The notes under the pieces: generated by a model
Database searches by the model: none
Told to the model about the DNA's origin: nothing
The model's input: the letters and a program-made list of their open reading frames with translations, nothing else
Position numbers and translations under genes: made by a program
Shown: positions 24,833 to 32,923 of the stretch, in pieces
How the letters are laid out: the number at the start of each line of letters is the position of its first letter
Numbering within the stretch: the stretch's first letter is position 1
From: a virus
Strand: one strand, 5' to 3'
Virus record (IMG/VR): IMGVR_UViG_3300045988_056849
DNA length: 64,000 nucleotides

Positions 24833-25806
24833 TGAATATAATTTTTGACGGAAACTACGCATTTCACAAATGCTTCAGCGTTTTTTCTCAATATTACAAA
24901 GGTCAAGATATGTCAGACGTATTGAGCGACCCAGAGAAGCAGCAAGTTTTACTGCGTAAATGCATCATAGACATGTGTGCAGCAATCAAACGGTTTAAGG
25001 ATATCAAACGAGTGGCATTTGTGATAGATAGCTCTTCATGGCGTTACAGTATCTACGATGATTACAAGTACGCTCTTACGAGAGTCAGAGACCCATTTTA
25101 CAAGCATTTCCTGACCGTATTAGATATGTTTGAGGCTCTTCTTCGGAGAAAAGGACTAATCGTCAGTAGAGTCATGGGAGCAGAGGGGGATGACCTTCTG
25201 TACGTATGGGGCTTGTACTTTGGATATTGTTTGGACGAAGAGCTGGTAATAATTACTGGTGATTCCGATATTCGACAAATCATGAACAAAAACGTTTCCT
25301 TGTTCAACAATAACTCAAAGAACTTGAAGATGTATTGTATCCCAGAGAAGGAAGTGTTTTGGAACGAGTATCTTGAAACTGATGTTCAGGTCATACCTAC
25401 GAAGCCATTTGAGGTTTTGTTATATAAGGTCATTATGGGAGACACTTCTGATAACATTCCTAAGCTCAAAGCAGGGTTTGGGCCAAAAGCCTTCGACAAG
25501 TTCATTGAATCAATCAGTCCTTATCACGAGCCGAAAGATATTGACCTTGTACCGATGGCTCAATGGATTGCCAAACGTTTCTCCGAGTTTACGAAAATGA
25601 AAGAGGAGGAAGTATTGGGACAAGTTTTATTCAATCTGAAGATGACGTGGTTGAACTTGTCTGTATATAACAATACCGATTATCAGACTAAGAACGGCAA
25701 GAGCCTTCTTGAAAATATGCTTGACGATGTAAACGACCAAAAGAATAAATACAGTTATAGTAAAGCATACACGTTAGAAGATTTTTATGGTATGGCAATC
25801 AAATAA
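24832..25806 (+). CDS. 5'-3' exonuclease / flap endonuclease (T4 RNase H-like)
   Basis: Acidic clusters IIFDGNY, FVIDSSSWRY, GAEGDDLLY and ITGDSDIRQ, plus the H3TH motif IMGDTSDNIP. Confidence 0.85.
   Translation: MNIIFDGNYAFHKCFSVFSQYYKGQDMSDVLSDPEKQQVLLRKCIIDMCAAIKRFKDIKRVAFVIDSSSWRYSIYDDYKYALTRVRDPFYKHFLTVLDMFEALLRRKGLIVSRVMGAEGDDLLYVWGLYFGYCLDEELVIITGDSDIRQIMNKNVSLFNNNSKNLKMYCIPEKEVFWNEYLETDVQVIPTKPFEVLLYKVIMGDTSDNIPKLKAGFGPKAFDKFIESISPYHEPKDIDLVPMAQWIAKRFSEFTKMKEEEVLGQVLFNLKMTWLNLSVYNNTDYQTKNGKSLLENMLDDVNDQKNKYSYSKAYTLEDFYGMAIK
25751..25760 (+). promoter_or_regulatory. ACAGTTATAG motif copy 3 (inside the 3' end of the FEN gene)
   Basis: Exact 10-mer, 59 nt upstream of ATG 25819. Confidence 0.45.
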
Positions 25807-25818
25807 ACATTGATAAAT

Positions 25819-25995
25819 ATGAAAAAGAAAACAATCATCTGGGTTGCAATTATTGTAGCCGTAGTTATCGGAGCGTTGGTGTATATGCACTACACTCCTG
25901 TTTGGGTATCAATCTCAAACGTTGTGAGTTTAGCAATCGGTGTCGTTGTCGGCTGGATTGCTCATGTTTTGTATAACAAATATATCAAAGAGTAA
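25819..25995 (+). CDS. small membrane protein (2 TM)
   Basis: IIWVAIIVAVVIGALVYM and VVSLAIGVVVGWIAHVL. ATG 25819 is within the ORF-track 25810 ORF. Confidence 0.55.
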   Translation: MKKKTIIWVAIIVAVVIGALVYMHYTPVWVSISNVVSLAIGVVVGWIAHVLYNKYIKE

Positions 25996-25997
25996 TC

Positions 25998-26663
25998 ATG
26001 GACGAAATTAGCAAAGCGATTCAAGGAGCGAGAGCTGCTCAGCGAGGACGCATCATGGGAAGTTTCTCAAACTTCCAAGAAGTAACAGCGGATGACGATG
26101 CTATCCGCAAAGGTGAAGAAGTATCGGAGGAAAATCCATTTGACAAAGCTGCCGAAGAAGCGGATGTGGAGAAGTCCGATGTAATAGATGCTTTATCCTA
26201 TCAGGGAGACATTAAAGTGTCTAAGACTGGTAAGGAGATTAAAGACCAAGTGGACACCGTTCTGCTGCCTGCTATGACGGCAGACTTGGCTGTAAAGGAG
26301 GCTGAAGCTGATAAGAAGTTGAAAGACTGCGGAACAGCTCCGACCAAAGACCCAGACAAATGGTGGACGGATGGTATCAAGATGGACTGCGGTTACAAAA
26401 TCTATGATTGGGAAGAAACCTATGTTCCTAACAATGACGGAGGAAAGATGATGAGTTCACTTTCGGCTTCGGATGCAGAGGACAAGAAAGGTAACGTGCC
26501 CGAAAATCAAGAGCAAGCAACATGCCGTAGAGAGTACAACGATATTGTACGAGCTATCTGCAATATCAAAGTTGATATCAAGGCGTGTGAGATTTTGAAA
26601 ACTCTTGCTGACAATAAAGAGTTTGAACTTTCACCACGTCAGGTATTAGCATTAAGGTTTTAA
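25998..26663 (+). CDS. hypothetical acidic protein
   Basis: 221-aa ORF. Confidence 0.55.
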   Translation: MDEISKAIQGARAAQRGRIMGSFSNFQEVTADDDAIRKGEEVSEENPFDKAAEEADVEKSDVIDALSYQGDIKVSKTGKEIKDQVDTVLLPAMTADLAVKEAEADKKLKDCGTAPTKDPDKWWTDGIKMDCGYKIYDWEETYVPNNDGGKMMSSLSASDAEDKKGNVPENQEQATCRREYNDIVRAICNIKVDIKACEILKTLADNKEFELSPRQVLALRF

Positions 26664-26686
26664 CGTGGGGAGGTGTACTGCGACTG

Positions 26687-26728
26687 GAGAGGGAATTGAG
26701 TTGTGAAACTTGGTTCCCTTTCATTTTT
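26687..26728 (+). terminator. rho-independent terminator
   Basis: AGAGGGAA ... TTCCCTTT stem followed by CATTTTT. Confidence 0.55.
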
Positions 26729-26759
26729 CTCCCATAGTTATTAAGTAAAATGTTACACT

Positions 26760-27101
26760 ATGCCAATAGATAATGATAATCCACAAGTATGGAGCTACTT
26801 TAAGCGAGGAGATATTGTCAAGGATTCAGAAGATAGTGTTTGGGGCAATACTAAATTTGAAATCACTGGGTTTCATGGTAATTGGTACTGTCCTTTATTA
26901 TCAACGAATATATGCGGCAAGTTCTATCCCAGCGGCAATCCTCAGCGTTGTAATTTAGGAGTGAGAGAAGCAAGGTTAATTAACGCAGCTCACCGACCTT
27001 TCAAAAGAATGAAAAAAGTTCCTTTGCTGAAACTAATGGCGAAAGGAAACGTGGAAGCGAGGAGAGAATTTGTTATGAGAGTAAATACAAAAACTTTATA
27101 A
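26760..27101 (+). CDS. hypothetical protein
   Basis: 113-aa ORF. Confidence 0.5.
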   Translation: MPIDNDNPQVWSYFKRGDIVKDSEDSVWGNTKFEITGFHGNWYCPLLSTNICGKFYPSGNPQRCNLGVREARLINAAHRPFKRMKKVPLLKLMAKGNVEARREFVMRVNTKTL

Positions 27102-27104
27102 TTT

Positions 27105-28259
27105 ATGTTTGAACAAGCAGCATGGTATGATAAGCTCCCAAACGAGAGCTTGGAAGTGTACGAGCCTCATTTGAGATTATTCTTTGAGACTATGTACGAG
27201 CGACAAATGATTTGGAAACGTAGGTTCATAGACAAGAAGGAAAGACCTTGGACAGACAACAAGATATTCCAAGAGTCAAAATTCACGAACGTGTACCGAG
27301 AACTTGACCGAAACAGTCAATGGCAAATCAAAAACATTCTTCTTGATGAAAGTCTTTCTTTGAAGAACTTGGTTTGGAAGATGATGGTTTTCCGTTTCTT
27401 CAACAATCCTGAAACATTCGAGTTTGAACCGAAGGGAAAGAGCGTTCAACCCAGTCTATTCGGAGCACCTATCAAATCAGGACTTAAACAAGCTCAATCT
27501 ATGGACGAGCTTATTTCAGCCAAGAAATGGAAGAATGGTATTCCCGATTGGGAGGAGTATGACGAAGATGAATTCAGTCGTTTCATTGCGGGCGTTCGGA
27601 GTTCGGGTCAAAATCCATATACAACCGCTTACTTGATAAACTCTCAAGCAACACCTGGTCAGCCGAGAGATTATTGTTACACAAGGGTTGTAATACCTCA
27701 CCTGCATAAGAACGTAGGAAAGCTCATTGCTACGGTGATGAAAGCTAAAAGACCAGAAGATATTATTGAGTATCTGAAAACCTTCCCTGCGGTGGCGGAT
27801 TTTATTGCTCATGAGTTCTATCAGGACTTCACATATATACCGAGATATACCAACCGTAAATTTATGAAGTTTGACCAAAACGACTTCACGAACGTTGGGC
27901 CAGGTTGTAGTATAGGCATACGCCTTATTTATCCGAGCTTGAAAACTGTAAGAGAGCAAAAACAAGCTATCTACTGGTTGAAGGAAGCAGCAACCGAATG
28001 GCTTGAGAAAATTGGTAAAGAGAAGGGTGAGCCGTTTCCGTATCTTGATTGGGACAAAGAGAGTGGAGAATATTACACTTTCAGTCGCCAAGAGTATGAG
28101 GAAGATGAATTGAACCGTGATGTGCTATATACTGAAATAACCCTTCACCAGATTGAGATGTGGTTATGCGAGTTCCAGAAATATTGGAAGATGATTATTG
28201 GAGAAGGCAAACAGCGCAGCAAATTTCAACCGAGAAGCAAATCAATTATTTCAAAATAA
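27105..28259 (+). CDS. putative DNA base hypermodification protein (5-hmdU DNA kinase helical-domain / aGPT-pyrophosphorylase-related family)
   Basis: The N-terminal signature ERQMIWKRRF...RPWTDNKIFQESKFTNVYRELDRNSQW was recognised from memory of that family. No P-loop is present. Confidence 0.55.
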   Translation: MFEQAAWYDKLPNESLEVYEPHLRLFFETMYERQMIWKRRFIDKKERPWTDNKIFQESKFTNVYRELDRNSQWQIKNILLDESLSLKNLVWKMMVFRFFNNPETFEFEPKGKSVQPSLFGAPIKSGLKQAQSMDELISAKKWKNGIPDWEEYDEDEFSRFIAGVRSSGQNPYTTAYLINSQATPGQPRDYCYTRVVIPHLHKNVGKLIATVMKAKRPEDIIEYLKTFPAVADFIAHEFYQDFTYIPRYTNRKFMKFDQNDFTNVGPGCSIGIRLIYPSLKTVREQKQAIYWLKEAATEWLEKIGKEKGEPFPYLDWDKESGEYYTFSRQEYEEDELNRDVLYTEITLHQIEMWLCEFQKYWKMIIGEGKQRSKFQPRSKSIISK

Positions 28260-28261
28260 CA

Positions 28262-29311
28262 ATGGACAAGAAATTAACAGAATTTTTTGAGAAGAAAGAA
28301 TTTGAGGTTGTAGAAAAGAAAACTACAACCCAAGTTCTTATTCAGAACTTACTTGCGTTCAGTGTACGTGAGAAGAAGGGAGGGTTGTTTGATATTTCAA
28401 TCAACATAGTAAAGGACGAAGAAGAAAAGGAGAAGCTGAGAAAGCGTATCAACCGTGAAGGCTCTTCGGAGAACGAAGGTTGGAACATTGACTTTGAGAA
28501 AACTCCGATACTTCACAACGTAACGATAAGCCAATTTGAAGCCTTCTGTAAGCAAACTAAGCTCATTGCTCAGGTGAAACGTCTTTCGGAGTTCCGAGAG
28601 GTACAGAGCGACTTCACGTTGGCAGTAGCAGAAAAGGACGGCAAAACTTTGAAGTGGCGTTCAAACCTTCCTACGGAGAAGCATATTGTTGATGCTGTAT
28701 TCAAAGGCAGCGAGTACACTCACCGTTCAGTAGGTTTGGGCGGTTTAACTCTTACCAAGAAAGACGTTGTATTGGACTTGGGTGGTAATATCGGAGCTTT
28801 CACTTGCGACATCTTCGATAAAGTCAAAAAGGTCATTGTATTTGAACCTGAAGATGTGAACTATGAATTTCTATCTACGAATATAGAAGACAACGGAGCA
28901 AAGAACGTAATTGCCCACAAACAAGCCGTAGTTGGTAATGACGATAAGGTGCGTGACTTCTATCTGGGTAAAGCTCCGTATTATTATTCATTCTTGGTAA
29001 AACATAACCGCAAGCGAGTTCCTGTTGAGTGCGTGAATATCAACGAGGTTATGAAGAAGTACAACCCTACCAAGATGAAGGTTGATATTGAAGGCTCTGA
29101 ATGGGAAGTTCTTATCAACTGCACGGACTTCGGGAATGTTGACCAGATAATCTTTGAGTACAACTTCGATATGAATATGGACTTGAAAGAGGACTTCAAG
29201 CGGTTCAAGGCTCTTCGGAAACATCTCAAGAAACACGGCTTTGACGTTCAGGAGATGGAGCGAGATATGAAGCAGAATTGGAATTTGGTTTTCATGGTAA
29301 CAAAGAAATAA
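28262..29311 (+). CDS. FkbM-family SAM-dependent methyltransferase with an unknown ~170-aa N-terminal domain
   Basis: VVLDLGGNIGAFT, VIVFEPEDVNYEFLSTNIEDNGAKNV and MKVDIEGSEWEVL. ATG 28262 lies 2 nt after the previous stop. Confidence 0.7.
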   Translation: MDKKLTEFFEKKEFEVVEKKTTTQVLIQNLLAFSVREKKGGLFDISINIVKDEEEKEKLRKRINREGSSENEGWNIDFEKTPILHNVTISQFEAFCKQTKLIAQVKRLSEFREVQSDFTLAVAEKDGKTLKWRSNLPTEKHIVDAVFKGSEYTHRSVGLGGLTLTKKDVVLDLGGNIGAFTCDIFDKVKKVIVFEPEDVNYEFLSTNIEDNGAKNVIAHKQAVVGNDDKVRDFYLGKAPYYYSFLVKHNRKRVPVECVNINEVMKKYNPTKMKVDIEGSEWEVLINCTDFGNVDQIIFEYNFDMNMDLKEDFKRFKALRKHLKKHGFDVQEMERDMKQNWNLVFMVTKK

Positions 29312-29314
29312 GCT

Positions 29315-29647
29315 ATGCCGATTTCAAAGAAAATAAAAGAACTCAAGGAGCCATTGGAGGTAGATTTACAGCTGATGGCTTCTGAGCTTGATACTTCGGT
29401 TAAGAACATGAAGTATTTGTCGAAAGATATGATGTCCGATGCTACGTCAATTGATGCGTTCGATGCGTTGGTTGAGGACATAGAAAGAGGAGAAGGAAGC
29501 GAGGTGACAACGTTTGATGACAATACCATTTTATATGAGTATTTGGACGAAGCTGTTGTTGTACATAACGTTCTTGGCGTTCGTTACGTTCTATTTGATA
29601 GTATGGTGACGCAGAAGATAGAAAACAAGTTGGACAGTTATAGATAG
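29315..29647 (+). CDS. hypothetical acidic protein
   Basis: 110-aa ORF. Confidence 0.5.
   Translation: MPISKKIKELKEPLEVDLQLMASELDTSVKNMKYLSKDMMSDATSIDAFDALVEDIERGEGSEVTTFDDNTILYEYLDEAVVVHNVLGVRYVLFDSMVTQKIENKLDSYR
29634..29643 (+). promoter_or_regulatory. ACAGTTATAG motif copy 4
   Basis: Exact 10-mer overlapping the last codons of 29315..29647, 35 nt before ATG 29678. Confidence 0.45.
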
Positions 29648-29677
29648 TTCAAACATTCATTTATAAATTTCAAGTAT

Positions 29678-30292
29678 ATGAGAACAATTGTCATTTTCAA
29701 AACGGCTACACCCGATGAAAGGATTGTCTTGCGTACTGACTCAATGTATGACGACTACGAGAGTGTGTTCACCGTCATGACCGTTGAAGGAAGTATCGAA
29801 GGAGTAATCAATGAATTCAAGGGCGGTAGCATTATCAGCCTTTCTACAATATCAAGATTTGTTGCTAACAATACTGGTATTGAAGCAGTGGCTATGTCTC
29901 CTGACGATGCTAAGTTGGATGTTGCCACAGCAACACCTAAGTTCCTATCAATTGATGTCTTTCCGATATTCAATGAAACGTCTTATCGTGAACATGTTTC
30001 TCCTGAATATCAGGAACGGTATTCATACGAGGACTCAAAAGACTCATTGCCTTGGTTGGCTATTAAGTCTGTGAAGGCGGTGTTAGCTACTCCGTTTGAC
30101 TTGGAAATATCACACAACGGCAGTGCTTGTACTTTCGGAGGTAATTCTGAGAATGTTGGAACAATATCAGACTTCCAGAACGTAATGTTTGCTTGTAAGG
30201 ATGATTTGGGCGTAGATGACCCGAAAGGCATTTGGCAGCTCAAGTTCACCATGAACGGCATTACCGATATTCGTGAAGTGGTAATTTCCTAA
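29678..30292 (+). CDS. hypothetical protein (paralogue of the next ORF at the N-terminus)
   Basis: MRTIVIFK...IVLRTD...TVMTVEG...GSIISLSTI aligns by eye with MRDFVIVN...ATLRVD...TIMWCDG...GTVTSMTEI of ORF 30305. Confidence 0.55.
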   Translation: MRTIVIFKTATPDERIVLRTDSMYDDYESVFTVMTVEGSIEGVINEFKGGSIISLSTISRFVANNTGIEAVAMSPDDAKLDVATATPKFLSIDVFPIFNETSYREHVSPEYQERYSYEDSKDSLPWLAIKSVKAVLATPFDLEISHNGSACTFGGNSENVGTISDFQNVMFACKDDLGVDDPKGIWQLKFTMNGITDIREVVIS

Positions 30293-30304
30293 AACGACAA
30301 GAAT

Positions 30305-30829
30305 ATGAGAGATTTTGTAATTGTAAACAAAGAAGACACTACCAAGAAAGCAACTCTAAGGGTTGATATGGTAGAGGATAAGACCGAGAAACTCACTATC
30401 ATGTGGTGCGATGGCGTTCGTGATACGGAGTTTGAAAAGATTATCCCATGGAAGTGCGGAACGGTAACATCAATGACCGAGATTGAAGAGTGGGCAACTC
30501 AATATCAGTCTGAGCTGGATGTTTATATGTACGGAGGGGAGCAAGTTCAAGTATTGGGCGCACCTACTCACAAACTGACCGTTACAGCTACTGTTACGAA
30601 CAACAGCAAGGCGAATGTAATTCTGAAAGGAACGAAAGAAGGAGCTTTGCCTGTAAGTGATGAAATTGAGCTTACTTCGGGAGAGCCGAAAGAGATTCAA
30701 GGTATTGAAGGATACAGCTACACGTGGGAGCTTGTAAGCCCATACACTTGGACTTCGGGAGCACCTGAGGCTTTTGTTTGTACTGAAGATAAGGATATTG
30801 CTTTAGCAATTTCTTTCCCAGTAGCATAA
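30305..30829 (+). CDS. hypothetical protein (paralogue of the previous ORF at the N-terminus)
   Basis: See 29678..30292. Confidence 0.55.
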   Translation: MRDFVIVNKEDTTKKATLRVDMVEDKTEKLTIMWCDGVRDTEFEKIIPWKCGTVTSMTEIEEWATQYQSELDVYMYGGEQVQVLGAPTHKLTVTATVTNNSKANVILKGTKEGALPVSDEIELTSGEPKEIQGIEGYSYTWELVSPYTWTSGAPEAFVCTEDKDIALAISFPVA

Positions 30830-30850
30830 GAAACAAGAAGTCAAATGAAG

Positions 30851-30887
30851 AAAGGAGGGCATTGAAAAATGTTCTCCTTTTTATTTG
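30851..30887 (+). terminator. rho-independent terminator
   Basis: AAAGGAGGGC-N10-GTTCTCCTTT 10-bp stem, then TTATTTG. Confidence 0.7.
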
Positions 30888-30899
30888 TTTACACATTTT

Positions 30900-30909
30900 A
30901 CAGTTATAG
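30900..30909 (+). promoter_or_regulatory. ACAGTTATAG motif copy 5
   Basis: Exact 10-mer, 34 nt upstream of the portal ATG. Confidence 0.5.
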
Positions 30910-30942
30910 GATATTCAAATGTAAAATTGATTTCAATATAGT

Positions 30943-32676
30943 ATGGGTAATTCATATGCTAAACAGTTAGATGCCATTGCTCTTGCAGAAGCGAAGCTGA
31001 AGGCAAAAAGGTTTAGGACACTTGAGAAAGCTCTAAGGTCAGACTCACCAGAGGATATGATAAAGGCTACTCAGGTGTTCAACCAAATTCAGCCAAAAGT
31101 GGAGCAAAATACAAAGGCATTTTTCATTGACCCATTGGAGTTCAATTCCAATTTAGGGTACAAAGATAAGCCGTTTTCATTGACGTACACTACGTTGAAG
31201 AGAATGTCGAAGACACCTATCATAAATTCAATTATCAAAACAAGAAAGAATCAAGTAGCAGACTTCGCAGAGCCTCAAGAAAACAAGTATTCAACTGGCT
31301 TCGTTATCCGAAAGAAACCGAAATTTGGAATTGAACAAAAGATGGATAACAAAGACCGAAAGATTGCGTATGCTATTACTGAATTTATCTTGAAGGGCGG
31401 TAATGTTAGTCAATGGGAGCATGACGACTTCGATACGTTTATCAGAAAGATTGTTGATGACTCTTTGACTTACGACCAATTAACTTTCGAGTGTATTCGC
31501 AACCGAAGAGGACAATTGGAGAGTTTCATGGCTACTGATGCCGCAACTTTCCGAATGGCTGATTCATACTTTGATAAGGATTATGATAATGTTTTCTTCC
31601 AAAGAAACGGAGCGAATGTATGGCAAGATAGGAACGATTATGGGCCAAAGGTTTATGGCTATTATCCTGCTTATGTTCAGGTGTATCAGAATGTCAAGGT
31701 CAATGAGTTCTATCCTTGGGAGCTTTGTTTTGGAGTTCGCAATCCTTCTACTTCAATATACTCAAATGGGTATGGTTGTTCCGAGCTTGAAGAGCTTATC
31801 AACGTTGTAACATCTATGCTTTGGGGAGATGAATACAATAGACGTTTCTTCAGTCAAGGTTCAGCTCCGAAAGGTTTATTGCGTATTAAGGGAACAAACA
31901 ACGAAGCAGCACTTCAGCAATTCAAACAACAGTGGCAGTCCATGATTACAGGAGTAATGCAGTCTTGGAAAACTCCTGTCGTGGAAGCGGACGTGGATTG
32001 GATAGACCTTCAGAAGAACAACCGTGATATGGAGTATAGTTCTTGGATGGAATATCTTATCAAACTATCTTGTGCCATATATTCAATTGACCCTTCCGAG
32101 ATAGGATGGGACATCAGCCGTTCTTCGGGGAACGGAGGATTGTTTGAAGGAAGTCAGGAACAACGCCTGAAACATTCCAAAGACAAGGGTTTGTATCCAC
32201 TTCTGAAATTCCTTCAGAGGAAAATCAACAAATATATCATTGAGCAAATCAATCCTGATTTTGAACTTGTATTCGTAGGTTTGAACGGCTTGACTATCGA
32301 AGAAGAGCTTGATATGGACATCAAGAAAGTAGGCAGCTTCATGACCGTAAACGAAGCACGTGAGAAATACGAGATGAAACCGCTTGAGTTCGGAGACGTA
32401 CCGACCAATGCTACTCTTATTCAGAACAAGAATGCGGAGATGATGGCTAAACAAGGTGGTCAAGGAATGGAGATGGATGAGAACGGAAACATCAAACCGA
32501 GTTCCGAGAAGAAAGGAGAGGAGCCTGACGCAGAAGAGGAAGATGAGGAGCAAAATCCTTTTGACTTGTATGCCGAAGAAAATGACGAGGAGGACACTAA
32601 TAAGGGTGGACTGAGAGAAACGTTTGTAAAAGCATTTGATAACTTTCTAAATAACGAAGAAAATGGAAGTAACTAA
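30943..32676 (+). CDS. portal protein
   Basis: 577 aa and the first gene of the morphogenesis block. It has an acidic C-terminal tail and a portal-like core stretch RRFFSQGSAPKGLLRIKG. Confidence 0.6.
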   Translation: MGNSYAKQLDAIALAEAKLKAKRFRTLEKALRSDSPEDMIKATQVFNQIQPKVEQNTKAFFIDPLEFNSNLGYKDKPFSLTYTTLKRMSKTPIINSIIKTRKNQVADFAEPQENKYSTGFVIRKKPKFGIEQKMDNKDRKIAYAITEFILKGGNVSQWEHDDFDTFIRKIVDDSLTYDQLTFECIRNRRGQLESFMATDAATFRMADSYFDKDYDNVFFQRNGANVWQDRNDYGPKVYGYYPAYVQVYQNVKVNEFYPWELCFGVRNPSTSIYSNGYGCSELEELINVVTSMLWGDEYNRRFFSQGSAPKGLLRIKGTNNEAALQQFKQQWQSMITGVMQSWKTPVVEADVDWIDLQKNNRDMEYSSWMEYLIKLSCAIYSIDPSEIGWDISRSSGNGGLFEGSQEQRLKHSKDKGLYPLLKFLQRKINKYIIEQINPDFELVFVGLNGLTIEEELDMDIKKVGSFMTVNEAREKYEMKPLEFGDVPTNATLIQNKNAEMMAKQGGQGMEMDENGNIKPSSEKKGEEPDAEEEDEEQNPFDLYAEENDEEDTNKGGLRETFVKAFDNFLNNEENGSN

Positions 32677-32917
32677 GAAAGATGCGCCAATAGTGCGCAC
32701 GTTTAGCGAGTATTTGCCTGAACCTTTCATTGACGAAGTTTCGGCAGATGAAAAGTATTACGGTTGGGCACCTATGGGAACTGCTGAAACCGATAACGGT
32801 TGGCGTATCATGAAAGAGACGAAGGACGGAACTGTTACCAAGAGAGAGTACGCTCAAGGAACAATGGACTTCATCTCAGCTTGGAGTGAACGTGCTACTT
32901 ATAACTATTCAAGATAA
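32663..32917 (+). CDS. hypothetical protein
   Basis: 84-aa ORF overlapping the portal stop. Confidence 0.45.
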   Translation: MEVTKKDAPIVRTFSEYLPEPFIDEVSADEKYYGWAPMGTAETDNGWRIMKETKDGTVTKREYAQGTMDFISAWSERATYNYSR

Positions 32918-32923
32918 TAGATT

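Noticed and set aside
27516-28091. 191-aa minus-strand ORF
   Set aside because: It is antisense to the hypermodification-family ORF. No motifs were found and no promoter or terminator context supports it.
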